In this document: positions 49,111-62,400 of the stretch, in pieces
Layout: every line of letters begins with the position of its first letter
Position numbering within the stretch: position 1 is the stretch's first letter
DNA from: Anthoceros angustus
Lineage: Eukaryota; Plantae; Anthocerotophyta
Reading direction: 5' to 3'
Length of the DNA stretch: 64,000 nt
Assembly: GCA_010909165.1 (NCBI GenBank)
Contig: MU008196.1
Coordinates: forward strand, 248,001 to 312,000
Notes under the pieces: model-generated
What the model was told of the DNA's origin: nothing
The model's input: only the letters and a program-made list of their open reading frames with translations
Databases searched by the model: none
Translations under genes and position numbers: made by a program

Positions 49111-52100
49111 TGATGAAATATATCTAGTTTAGGCACTATTCATAAGGGCCACATCACTTAAACATTATTTTATCATCTAGGGCATTAGGTAGTTATCTAT
49201 TTAGTTGCTTTAGGTAGTTAGTTGTTAGTAGTTACAATAACTTGGTAGTTACAACAACTTGGTGGTTATAACAACATATTTTTATGACCACCTCAACCAC
49301 TTAGCCTTATACTTTACTCTTTGATTAATTCATTTTGTATCGTGATCTCTTCCGCCTAAGAGCTATTGATTATCATCATGGTATCATAGCATGGTAGCTC
49401 TTCGTGATTGAGCATCTTTGCTTGCTCATGCTCAAGGCACTTCTCATCATCAATGCATTTGCGACTTTTCATTTGAAGATCATGCTGGAGAACTTGCTTG
49501 AGCGAATCGACCTTCGACTTGCATAAAGTTGTAAGGATGCACTTTATGTATCGATCTCTGTCCGCCTCCATGGATTTCTTCAATCCAAGCATAAGAATTT
49601 AAGAAGAAGAACAAGGCTTCAAAGAAGAAGAGACAACAACAACACAAATCATCCTTCATTCAAGAGGAGTTTGACCTCCACAAATTGATGTTGTTGAAGA
49701 ACAAGTATGTTGTCTCATAGAAGCCCTCTTGTCTAAGTCCGAGATAGAGTAAATAATATAATTTATGCTCGCAAAGATCTCCTAACTTCATTTAGCCTTC
49801 AATATAGTGCTATTTCTAAGTACATAGACAATACTAACATCTCTAATCCAAATCATAAATAATAAGGCTATAAGATAGTTGGTGAATTACTAATGACGCC
49901 TTATCAACTCAAAGAATCCATTGACTCCATTAGAGCGTAACTTAGACTAAATCACCCGCTACTAATGAGAAATTGATTTTACAATACCCAACAAACATCA
50001 TTAATCGATCGTCTTAAAGACCTTTCACAAGGTGTTCTCACTTGATTGTAAGTCCGCAGACTGATGACGATGCGATTATCATTTTGAAGAAAAAAGGCCG
50101 CGCCTCTTTCTCCGCTAAACAAAGCAAGAAGTGTCAACCACGCATAATCGCATCAATAAACTCACTTGCAATGGTGGGATCGGAGGATTTGGCGATGAAC
50201 TTGCCAAAGACCGATTTTTGAAGCTCAAAAGACCAAATGGCTAATGGAACAACAATCTATATGGCAAGAAGGGAGAGTTTTAAAATAATGAGAAAAGAAA
50301 AGCTAAAAGAGCTATGAATCCAAGCCTCAAGTGATTCAAGGTCACAACTTCAAAGACAAAGATAGATTCAATGGAAAAGGATATGATGTATGGCAAGAAC
50401 CGCGCCTAAGGAGTCTCAAGGTAGCCATGACTTATGGAATATCAACGGAATCAAGAATGTTCCACTTGGGACCAAGACGCTATAGAAGATTGGGAAAGCC
50501 AAAGATCGGAGCCCTAGACGCTTTAATGAATGGCCTTACCGAGATGGTACGACAAGTTGCTCAGACACACGAAATGTGGGAAGTTTGCTCAGCTTTATGC
50601 TTCTAAAGATGGAATGAGTTTATTGATCGCCACACGTCACTTTATACTATAAGATGAAGGAGACCGATTCCATTGATCATCACTTGAGCAACTTCAGACA
50701 AAGAATAATTTTGAAGCATCCTCTCAAGAAAACTTAGAGAAACAAACTTTTATTGCTCTCCTCACCTGTTTTCCCCTCCTGTGACAACAAAATGCGTCCT
50801 TAGAGCCGCAAACATAAGAAATTAATCGGCTCCACAACCGGATATCGCGTAAGTGAATTAATAGCACTTATTGAGGAGGACGCAAGCCGAATGAAAATCC
50901 TGATCCACCGTAAAGGATGTTTACGTGACGAGGTGAGGAAGAGGACGGGGCCGTGCGGTAAGCACTTCACTCCTAGACCGACTGCTCAATATCCTCAGAG
51001 GATTAAAACTCTTCATTTAAACCTTAGGCAACAAGAAGGCTGGAGTTATATGTAATTGGTGCAAGATGACCAACCATATGGAGAAGGATTGGGAAAAAGA
51101 AAAATGGTGAGCCAAAGAAGGAGGCCACCTCGAGCACATGTTGGAATATTCTCCAGCAACACCATCGGCATCGGCTTGGCAAGTTCCAAGCCATCAAACC
51201 AAAATTGGTATTTAGACAAGGCGCAACATCCCATATATGATTTATTAACTCTTGAGTCTTATTCGCCATCAAAAGGACAACAAATGTCCTCCTAGGCGAT
51301 GATCATAACCTCACTATCTCGGTGTAGGTTCCGTGGCATTAAAGTGCTCCACCGTGACATGTTCTTACTCTCCCATGTCCTTTATGTACCTCCATGTGTA
51401 AGAATCTAGTGTCACCGCTAGCCTATGTCAAGAACATAGTATGCAAATTATTCTCAAGCGATTTGTGTCTCTTTCTTACATTACTAATAAGTTCCACAAC
51501 TGCCTGCACACTAGATGAGATGGACTCTATAAAACTCTCTGCCAAGTGGGTCCTATACATCTCATCAATGTAGCCTCCCATTCCCACCTCCAATACTATG
51601 CTTTGGCATTGCCGATAGGTCATCCTAATAGCCAAAAGCTTATCCAAATGTCTAAGGGAATTATTAGAACACCATGTCCTAAACTTGAACCTCTCTGGTG
51701 TGAAGCTTGCACATAACAAACGACATCAAGCTTTCACAATCCATCCTCGGGCTAGGCACCCTTAGAGTTGGTTCACATGTATATTTGTGGTCCCATATCC
51801 GCACCTTCATTTAGTGGTTGTAGTATTTTAACCTTCATCGATGATTACTCGATTTGTCCTCACCTACATCCTCCGCCATAAGAGTCAGCCTTTTCTTTCT
51901 TCAAAGAATATATGATGTGGGCCGAGAGACTTACTGACAGAAGCTTAAAACTCGCCCGATAATGGAGGAGAGTTTCACTTCCAATGAATTTGTTGAATTT
52001 TGTCACAAGGTATAGCGCAGAATAACTTAGTGTGGTACATACACCTCAAAGAAATGGCGGCGTAGAACAAAATTTACGCCTCAGAGATCACAGTCGCTTG

Positions 52101-55100
52101 CTCACCCAAGCTAAATTATCTAAAAGTTATTAGTCAAGCTATTGAGCCACTTATCTCCTTAGACACGACCTTTGCAGCCAAGGCATGACTATGAAGCTTT
52201 TAATCGAGAAAACCTTCTATTGATCATTTACGATTTTGGATCCCCGCTATGTGTTCATCCCAAAGTACAACGCAAGAAGCTGGATCCCAAGGCAGCAAAT
52301 ATACCTTATAATAAGAAGGGTTAGTTATTTATTGACCCATCTACCCGAAAGCTCATTTATGCTAGGAGCGTGACCTTTCATGAATCTCATATTCTTTCTC
52401 CTCTGTGGGGCGCATTATTACTCCCGATGCTTCCTCTCTCGGCATCCGAGCCTTCCACTTTTGATGACGATGATTTTGTCATCATTCATCCACTCCTCCG
52501 CAAAGAAGTTCCTCTAGTTGAACCTGGAGGAGGAGGAGTTAGAATATATCCAAGACGACCAATTACACCCGCATCCGACGATGACATAGAAGAACCTCAA
52601 CATTTATGATGAAATCGACTAATGATGTTGAAATTCGTGAGGAGGATCGATTCCTTTGAGGATGAGCCCGACGAGCATGGATGAACTCGACGACGAGCTA
52701 AGAAGAGCCCTCCCATTCAGAACCAGCCCAACAAGTGGTCGATTGAAGAACACATTCAACAACCGCACCAAGGTACAATCTTAGGACTAGACCTCACAGG
52801 ACTGGGATGGAAGGAACCACCTTTGGGATATCTTGTTACTCGATGACCCCATTTCTCCTCTCACACCTTATTATCAAGTCGCAAAAGCCACTTGATCCAG
52901 AGGAACCGCTAACCTTGAAACAAGCATTTTCCTCTCCCGAGAAAGACCTGTGGAAGGTAGCGAGATTGAGTACAACTCTTTAGTAGAAAACTCCACATGG
53001 GAATTAGTTAAACCACCCAAAGGGAGAAAATAGTGGAAGTAAATGGGTATTTAAAATCAAACGTAAGGGTGATGGTTCCATTGAAAGATATAAGGCAAGG
53101 TAGTAGAGGGTTTACCCAAATACGGTTTAGATTATACCCGGCTACCTATGCACCAGAGTAAAAGTTTGCCTCGTAATTATAATAGCCTTGTCCGCTCAAC
53201 ATGACTTACATCTTCACATGATGGACGCCAAAACCGCCTATCCGCATGGCCGAATCCAAGAAGAAATATACATGAGACAACCTCAAGGCTATGAAGTCAA
53301 AGGTAAAGAAGACCATGTGCTCATTAAAGGCATTTATGGCCTAAAATCGTGCAAGGAATGGAATAATGATATACATGACAAGCTTACAAAATATGGTTTT
53401 GTTCAAAGCAAAGTATGCTAGCATGTATATCAAAGACCAAATAAACACAATTTACCTCTTACTATATGTGGATGACTTATTTTTAGCTTCATCTTCACTC
53501 TCCCATCTAGTAAAGCATGGTTGAGAAGTCATTATGAAATGATGCACTGGAGACTTACTTATGCTCTTGTTAATATTATAAGAGATAGAGGTAATAAATC
53601 CATTTCCTTGGTTCAAACAAAATATATAAAAGAAAGCTAAAAAGTTTGACTAGAAGATGCTAAGCCAGCCACACCATTTCCAAGTGGCACAAGGCTTACG
53701 ATATGAGCCCTAAACAAATGCGAGAAAGCAGAATGTCGTATTACATATACATGCCTTAATATATTTAAGTAACTTCACAAGACCCGATATATCTTTGAAG
53801 TTAGCCTCACAATTTTTGAGAAGACAACATTGGCAATGTGTCAAGAGAATATTCTGTATTTAAAAGGGACTATGCACAGGATTGATGTATAAACATGTTC
53901 CCGATATCTAAGTTACAATTAACAAATTATGCCGATGCCGATTACTAGAGATCCCGATAGCCGCAAATCAGATCCTAGACCGCTAGGAGGTGCACCCATT
54001 TCATGGTCAAGTAAGAAACAACCAACCATTGCTTTGTCCAAAAGAGTCGAGTATAGGGTCCTCACCTCCGCTCCAAGGATATAGTCCGGAGTAGGTTAGC
54101 TTTGAGTGAATTGATCCCTCAAGATGGGCCTACACCTCTCTATAGTGATAGTCGTGGTGCTATTGCCTTAGCTAGAACCCCTGCTTTCCACCCGTAACCA
54201 AACATATAGTAGTAAGTACCATTATTACATACGAAATGTTAGAAAATAAAACAATAGATATCAATTATATTCCAACTCAAGATAATCCAAAGCTGACCTT
54301 TTAACCAAGTCATTAGGGAAGAGATTTACATTTAAAACATAATGAAAATGTTAGGTAGTACAAGAGGTTAAGCCAACTAAGCTAGCTAGTGGGTATTTTC
54401 AATTTTACAATCCACAAAGTTTATCTAGCATGTTTATTTCCTCTTCTATTTCCAAGTAATCATCACATTCTTAGCCTCTCTCTAATGCCCAAAAGGATCC
54501 TACAATAAACCCCATGGGTTAAGTGATGAAAATGATGTAATAATAGCTCTTAAGTGTTAGGTCACTCACTATAAAGGTGCTTGAGTGTCCTTCATATTCT
54601 TCACATGTAGATGCACCTAACCACATCATTTTTATTCCTTTTCTCTCACATATATTCCATGGGGATTTCATGGTCATCTTCCTCCCTGAAGTACCAAGTA
54701 GGTAGCCTTAAATAGATTCACCGAGGTAGGAGGTATTTTCTTCTTTTGCTCCTCTTGAGTCGCATGCAAGGTAGGGCAAACCTCACATGGCTTGTGCCTC
54801 ACATTTATCTACATCCGCAAACATAGAAGTAGATTTTTATTGGGAAAATGTTAGCTTTATTGCTATATACAGGTACTCCCACCCCTTTCCTACTCACTCT
54901 TTTCCTCTCCATTCTTCCCTATTGCCCTGGCTCTTGACCACCACATCCTCAATGTGGCTATATTCACTAGGATGAGACCTCCACTGGCTGCCTCACACAC
55001 ACATACCGTCGCTTCATGGAGCCCCACGACTCAAGCACTATCTTCTTCTATGTTGAAGTCATCATATCAGGACATCAAGACACTCCCGTAGCTTTCACTG

Positions 55101-56476
55101 TTGATTTTCCACCTTTGGCAATAGGGAGATAACGTCGATTCCTGGATTATCCGCATCAACACCAACAATTAGTATTTTATGCCACCATGCATATTATGCC
55201 ATCATTTTAAGGTTTTTATTTACTTACGGTTTTTCAACTTTATCGACTTGCTTGATGACAACCGGCATCCTTCAAATGGGCTTGCACTATCAAGTCCTCC
55301 TCTTCCTACCATATTTTCAACCATGTTAGCAGATTTTGCATATATGGAGAAAATTCACATCAAAATTTGGGTCTTCTATACACACCGGACCTCTTTGGTA
55401 CATTTTCACCTCTCAAGGCATCAGCATTCACAATACATGCGCACAGCAATTTTGTTTGCAGTGCTCGCGGTGCCTTCTTGCTGCTATTTTCCTTCTTAGC
55501 ATACGCAGCGCGCACAAGGTCTTCCTGCCCATTTGTGCCGATATATCGTGCCACTCTCACAACAATTTTCCACATAGCACGGGGAGGGGCAACAGCGCCT
55601 TCACTCACACGGCGGCAATCCGCGAGCAACAGAAAAATAACAGGATTAGCGCAAGCAATAGCAGTACCATAACCTCGCAGCGGCGCGCTGTGACAAAGGG
55701 GGGAGGATCAACACCCAACCGCAGCAGATGGCAAGAATCGCGTGAGCGGGCGAGGTGGTGCTCGCATCGCGAGAAGCAGTGACGCTTCCTGCTGGGCACG
55801 TGCCTCGGGAACTACAGGTAGGTGGCTTGGCTGTGATTCGCCTCGCACCCACCAATGGGTGGCGGGGATGGTTCATGGATAAGCGACTTCTCCGATTTTT
55901 ATTTATCAAAACATATAGGTTCCCCATCCCGACATCTTGGATCCTAGCTTAACTCGAGTTTTGATGGAGCTCTATGTACCATTTACTACACCTCCAACTG
56001 CAGTTTTGATGGAGCTCTATGTACTGGCCATGGACCCTCATCAAAAACTTTGTGTGTTTTGTATATTATCTTCACCTTTTTAGCTTTAGTTTATGGTTTT
56101 AAGCTAATAGCTTTAGATTAAGTGGAGTCATTGATGTTTTAGACCTCATTTTGAAGCTAGAGTTCACCCCTACATTCATAGTGAGTGGAGTGATGAAATA
56201 TATCTAGTTTAGGGCACTATTCATTAGGTCCACATCACTTAAACATTAATTTATTTTCTAGGGCATTAGGTAGTTATCTATTTAGTTGCTTTAGGTAGTT
56301 AGTTGTTAGTAGTTACAAAAACTTGGTGGTGACAACAACTTGGTGGTTACAACAACATATTGTTATAACTACCTAACCACCTCAACCACTTAGCCTATAT
56401 AAAGGCTTATACTTTACTCTTTAATTAATTCATTTGTATTGTATCTCTTACGCCTAAGAGCTATTGATTATCATCA
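49111..56476 (+). mobile_element. Copia D, copy 4
   Basis: LTRs 49111-49378 and 56191-56476; TCTTA at 49106-49110 and 56477-56481; PBS 49379-49390; PPT 56181-56190. Confidence 0.93.
50237..54400 (+). pseudogene. gag-pol of copia D, copy 4
   Basis: PR ~51206, pre-IN ~51601, IN ~51760-52300, RT ~52985-53550 (YVDD ~53465), RNase H ~53925-54330. Confidence 0.93.
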
Positions 56477-59400
56477 TCTTAGGGACAGTTAGTCTAATCC
56501 TCCAAAGGTGCCACGCACTTCATTACCTAATCACAATAATCATGCTTTAGTTTTCACGTAAAACTTTAATTTTGAGATTCGAATTACCACTTCTTCTTAC
56601 TCTCATCATGATGATTTTCCTTGGATTCCTTTATCCACCCTCTCACTGTGCTTCCATTTCCATCATCCTCTGTTTCATATCCTCGCATATCCAACATCCT
56701 ATTTATTTCCGACATCATTCGGTTATTTGATATTTGGACATCAATCGAGAATATATCTAGGACATCATACTAGCTGTATATTTGGCCATTTCTTCGTGTA
56801 TTCAGCATCTCGCTAAGATATCTAAAGCACCACACGTGCTCGCCAAGATGGGCTTCCTTCGCAGAGGCCCTCCCGCTACTCATCACCTGCACAATTAGCC
56901 TTTACCGCTTATTTCTACAACATGGGGAGTCGGATCTTCTATTCTCCAGAGGGATCATCATTCTCGAGTCGAGAGGAGAGATAAACATGAATGGGCATAC
57001 ACGGACAGGATGGCGTATACCCGTGATGGCGGCGATGGGCGGAGTCTGCATCCTCTTGATAATTTTTGAGCAACTGATTGGCTCCTTTCATTCCCATCAG
57101 CTTCAGTTTGGTTCCATTGACCACTCCATCGAGCATCAGCATGGCTCCACCGACTGCAGGAATCTTTCCATCGACGATTTCTCCAATCATCTGCCTGCAT
57201 CACACTTCCGGACCAGCAATTTATAGCAGCACCATCATACAGCAGGGCGCCCTCCCAAATGGGAATCCTCTGGCTGCCCTTCTTCCTCACAGTGCGGTCG
57301 GAGGGGATGATTTCTTAGCAATTTCACGGTTGCAAGCAATTTGTAAGAGATTGGCACCGTGACTTTCGTGCGCTGCCGGCCAATCTTATGCCCATGCCAC
57401 CGCGCTGTGGGCGCGTGTAGGCAGCAGGCCGCGCGGGCTTGCCGCGGCGCCTCCATGCGCATTGCGCGTTCCTTACCCCTCGCAACCATGGCCAGTTGGA
57501 TGAATTCCCGCGGCGTTGGCTGAGGGGTGGAAGGCGGTTCCGTGAACCGCCTATAGTAGGAGTGCGTGCCATGCCCCTCGTCCATAGACCACCACCTCTC
57601 CATTCTCGTAGGCCGCCACCGCTCTACACTTGCTCCGCGTAGTGCACTCCCTCTGCATGGAGTGCTACCCCATGCTCCACTACCACCCTACACCTTGCTC
57701 GCGTAGGGTGCACCACCTAAACACTCTCCCAATTAGCTCCCATGTGACTTCCGTAAATATAATAAGTTGAAACACCTCACACAAAAGGCCCCATCTCAAC
57801 ATTGATCCACCCCTAGGAGGCTTGACTTTGGAGTTCTTACGCATTCCATTGTCCAACACACCCAATTAGCTTGTGCATAACGCTTAATATGAATTTGAGT
57901 TATCCCTAGTGAACTCCTCACGCCTCACAACATCTCGATCAACCTCCTTGCGCATTTCTCCTCGCGGCCACCACAACGGCCTCCCTTCACTTTGACTTGC
58001 ACCACTACAAATTCCGCCATGATGCACACCCATTGTGATCCTTCACCATGTTGCAGCCCACCCAACATCGCCTTCCTGTGGTTTGGCCACACCTCCATCT
58101 TGCAGCCCAGCTACAATTCAGCCGTGAGTGCTGCCACGGCCTTTCCTAGTTCAACACATGCCTATCATGCCATCCTCATCGTGACTCCAGAGCACTTCCA
58201 TGTGCCTCGACCGCCATGGCCCCCCTCTTGCAACCCTTGTGGCTGCTCACCCTCAACATGAGCTCCTCGCCTCCCATCCTTGCACCTGCTCCTCTCTGCA
58301 TGAGCTCCCAACCTAGAGCCCCAGCAGATCCTGCACAATTCCACCATTACGCACTTGGCCCATCTTCCCAAGAACCCTTGCACACATCTCTACCTAGCAG
58401 TCCTCCTTACTGCAAAATCTCAGCAATATGAGCCCATGTCTCACTTCTTCCACACGTGGCAAATTACTTTGCCTTCCCTCAAACTTGGTGGTGGTCCCCA
58501 ATAATCGTGCCTTTGCCTCTAAGCCTATCAACAGCTTGTGCAGCAACCTCAAGCTACTTCCTTGGCTTAATTGCCTTCACCCTCTACTCCTCATTCTCCA
58601 ACAAATTGCCTCAAGATCTTGACAATTCTCTTCCACTTCACTTCAATTCTCTCCGCTCGCTTCCTCCGCTCTTTTTGCTCTAGTTTGATCCTTTTGATCC
58701 AAAAAGTAGGAGTGCCTAAACTTTCATATTCCACATACTCCCCACCTCACTTGTTTGCATCCCCGCAAACAACCTACCATTGTAGATACTCCATCACCTT
58801 CCAGCCATTCATCCTAGTGACAAGTGGTGTCATGTTAGATTCTAGCTACACTTTCCCGTGAAAATACAAAACATCACTTCCTTGCAAACACAACCTCTCC
58901 ATCTCATGTCAGCATGTTGTGGAAGGACATCTTCCAAATTCCAAGACCTTAGAGCTCCTAAATGTGCCATGAATGCTCCCAAGCCTCCCACCAAATTTCC
59001 ACATAATCCTTCGGCAACTTCAAAAGCTTGCAATTCCTCTCTTCAAGGCTTTGGTCATCACTCCTTCCTCAAGATGTCCACTTCAATCCGCACCTCCTCA
59101 AATTCTTTCCAACTTCCTTCAAGTGACTCTCTCCCACCTCGCTTCCTCGCCTTCCATCTCCAATCTTCTCATATCAAGACAAAGCAAAGCCTCAAGATGC
59201 AACTTGAAGCAACCTCCTTGAGATAGCTCCTCCACTTGACTCCTCCTTGCAACATAGGCAACCCCATCTTGAGCACGGTACCAACCCGTCACATACAACA
59301 AGAACACTCCTGACAATAAATTGGAAGCACTCGCCTTCAATGGCCTTAGACATCTCCCAGCGAATAGCTACAACGCATCAATTACTTCCTCCTTGATGCC

Positions 59401-62400
59401 AAAGAAGCATCCGAGCCCTCCAAGCTCGAATTCAAGTTCCTCCTCTCAACCACACAACCAAGAAGGCAATGTACCTTGAGCATGTCCCCTACGGTGGGCC
59501 CCTCTTCCTCAAAGTAAAGCCCTCCATCACCTAGCCTCCATAAACTATCCATTGGTCAAGAGCACGACCTCCACTTCCTCCTAGACATCATCTTCCTCGA
59601 AATTTTGGCGTAAACCAACAACATCCGCCCACCTCAAGCTCTTTTCTAACTAACGCGCACGCATTAGCCCCGCTCTCATGATACGCTCTTAGCTCAGCCT
59701 CCAAATCCCTATCAAGACACATAAGCGGGGGAGTCCTCCAAAAATCCTTCCTCCAACAAACTCCTTCCTGCAACAAAACACCACTCTCCCTTCCCTGTTC
59801 GAGCATCAGACGTTCCTCCCCTCCTCTTCCAATGACGAGCTCGAGCTGGAACTCGAGGACCACCGAAGACTCCTCTTCTTGCAGAACAGACATGTCTGTT
59901 CTGCAAGAAGAGGAGTCTTCGGTGGTCCTCGAGTTCCGGCTCGAGCTTGTCATTGGAAGAGGAGGGAGGACGTCGATGCTCGAGCAGGGAAGGAGAGTGG
60001 TGTTTTGTTGCGGGAAGGAGTTTGTTGGAGGAAGGATTTGGAGGACTCCCGCTTATGTGTCTTGATAGGGATTTGGAGGTGAGCTAAGAGCGTATCATGA
60101 GAGCGGGGCTAATGCGTGCGCGTTAGTTAGAAAAGAGCTTGAGGTGGGCGGATGTTGTTGGTTTACGCCAAAATTTCGAGGAAGATGATGTCTAGGAGGA
60201 AGTGGAGGTCGTGCTCTTGACCAATGGATAGTTTATGGAGGCTAGGTGATGGAGGGCTTTACTTTGAGGAAGAGGGGCCCACCGTAGGGGACATGCTCAA
60301 GGTACATTGCCTTCTTGGTTGTGTGGTTGAGAGGAGGAACTTGAATTCGAGCTTGGAGGGCTCGGATGCTTCTTTGGCATCAAGGAGGAAGTAATTGATG
60401 CGTTGTAGCTATTCGCTGGGAGATGTCTAAGGCCATTGAAGGCGAGTGCTTCCAATTTATTGTCAGGAGTGTTCTTGTTGTATGTGACGGGTTGGTACCG
60501 TGCTCAAGATGGGGTTGCCTATGTTGCAAGGAGGAGTCAAGTGGAGGAGCTATCTCAAGGAGGTTGCTTCAAGTTGCATCTTGAGGCTTTGCTTTGTCTT
60601 GATATGAGAAGATTGGAGATGGAAGGCGAGGAAGCGAGGTGGGGAGAGAGTCACTTGAAGGAAGTTGGAAGAATTTGAGGAGGTGCGGATTGAAGTGGAC
60701 ATCTTGAGGAAGGAGTGATGACCAAAGCCTTGAAGAGAGGAATTGCAAGCTTTGAAGTTGCCGAAGGATTATGTGGAAATTTGGTGGGAGGCTTGGGAGC
60801 ATTCATGGCACATTTAGGAGCTCTAAGGTCTTGGAATTTGGAAGATGTCCTTCCACAACATGCTGACATGAGATGGAGAGGTTGTGTTTGCAAGGAAGTG
60901 ATGTTTTGTATTTTCACGGGAAAGTGTAGCTAGAATCTAACATGACACCACTTGTCACTAGGATGAATGGCTGGAAGGTGATGGAGTATCTACAATGGTA
61001 GGTTGTTTGCGGGGATGCAAACAAGTGAGGTGGGGAGTATGTGGAATATGAAAGTTTAGGCACTCCTACTTTTTGGATCAAAAGGATCAAACTAGAGCAA
61101 AAAGAGCGGAGGAAGCGAGCGGAGAGAATTGAAGTGAAGTGGAAGAGAATTGTCAAGATCTTGAGGCAATTTGTTGGAGAATGAGGAGTAGAGGGTGAAG
61201 GCAATTAAGCCAAGGAAGTAGCTTGAGGTTGCTGCACAAGCTGTTGATAGGCTTAGAGGCAAAGGCACGATTATTGGGGACCACCACCAAGTTTGAGGGG
61301 AAGGCAAAGTAATTTGCCACGTGTGGAAGAAGTGAGACATGGGCTCATATTGCTGAGATTTTGCAGTAAGGAGGACTGCTAGGTAGAGATGTGTGCAAGG
61401 GTTCTTGGGAAGATGGGCCAAGTGCGTAATGGTGGAATTGTGCAGGATCTGCTGGGGCTCTAGGTTGGGAGCTCATGCAGAGAGGAGCAGATCGGTGCAA
61501 GGATGGGAGGCGAGGAGCTCATGTTGAGGGTGAGCAGCCACAAGGGTTGCAAGAGGGGGGCCATGGCGGTCGAGGCACATGGAAGTGCTCTGGAGTCACG
61601 ATGAGGATGGCATGATAGGCATGTGTTGAACTAGGAAAGGCCGTGGCAGCACTCACGGCTGAATTGTAGCTGGCTGCAAGATGGAGGTGTGGCCAAACCA
61701 CAGGAAGGCGATGTTGGGTGGGCTGCAACATGGTGAAGGATCACAATGGGTGTGCATCATGGCGGAATTTGTAGTGGTGCAAGTCAAAGTGAAGGGAGGC
61801 CGTTGTGGTGGCCGCGAGGAGAAATGCGCAAGGAGGTTGATCGAGATGTTGTGAGGCGTGAGGAGTTCACTAGGGATAACTCAAATTCATATTAAGCGTT
61901 ATGCACAAGCTAATTGGGTGTGTTGGACAATGGAATGCGTAAGAACTCCAAAGTCAAGCCTCCTAGGGGTGGATCAATGTTGAGATGGGGCCTTTGTGTG
62001 AGGTGTTTCAACTTATTATATTTACGGAAGTCACATGGGAGCTAATTGGGAGAGTGTTTAGGTGGTGCACCCTACGCGAGCAAGGTGTAGGGTGGTAGTG
62101 GAGCATGGGGTAGCACTCCATGCAGAGGGAGTGCACTACGCGGAGCAAGTGTAGAGCGGTGGCGGCCTACGAGAATGGAGAAGGTGTAGGGTGGTCTATG
62201 GACGTAGGGCATGGCACTCCCTACTATAGGCATGGCGGTTCACGGAACCGCCTTCCACCCCTCCGCGCCAACGCCGCGGGAATTCATCCAACGGCTATGG
62301 TTGCAGGGGGTAAGGAACGCGCAATGCGCGCATGGAGGCGCTCGCGGCAAGCCGCTGCCGCGGCCATTTTACACGCTGGCCACAAGGCCCAGTGCTGGTG

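Larger units (their letters stand above)
3388..59892. repeat. Fold-back 3: ~56 kb palindrome centred at 31708
   Basis: Mirror ORF pairs have identical translations and coordinate sums of ~63400 (20220-20468/42932-43180, 12797-13072/50331-50606, 8429-8617/54787-54975). The arms meet at 31677/31740 around a ~62 bp GC-rich spacer. Confidence 0.97.

Noticed and set aside
19882-56476. Copies 2-4 of copia D as independent transposition events
   Set aside because: All share the same TSD and flanks, so they are segmental mirror copies of one insertion.
3388-59892. Giant DNA transposon, linear plasmid or virus with terminal inverted repeats
   Set aside because: No transposase, DNA polymerase, protelomerase, Rep or capsid gene is visible, and the arms meet directly with no unique interior.
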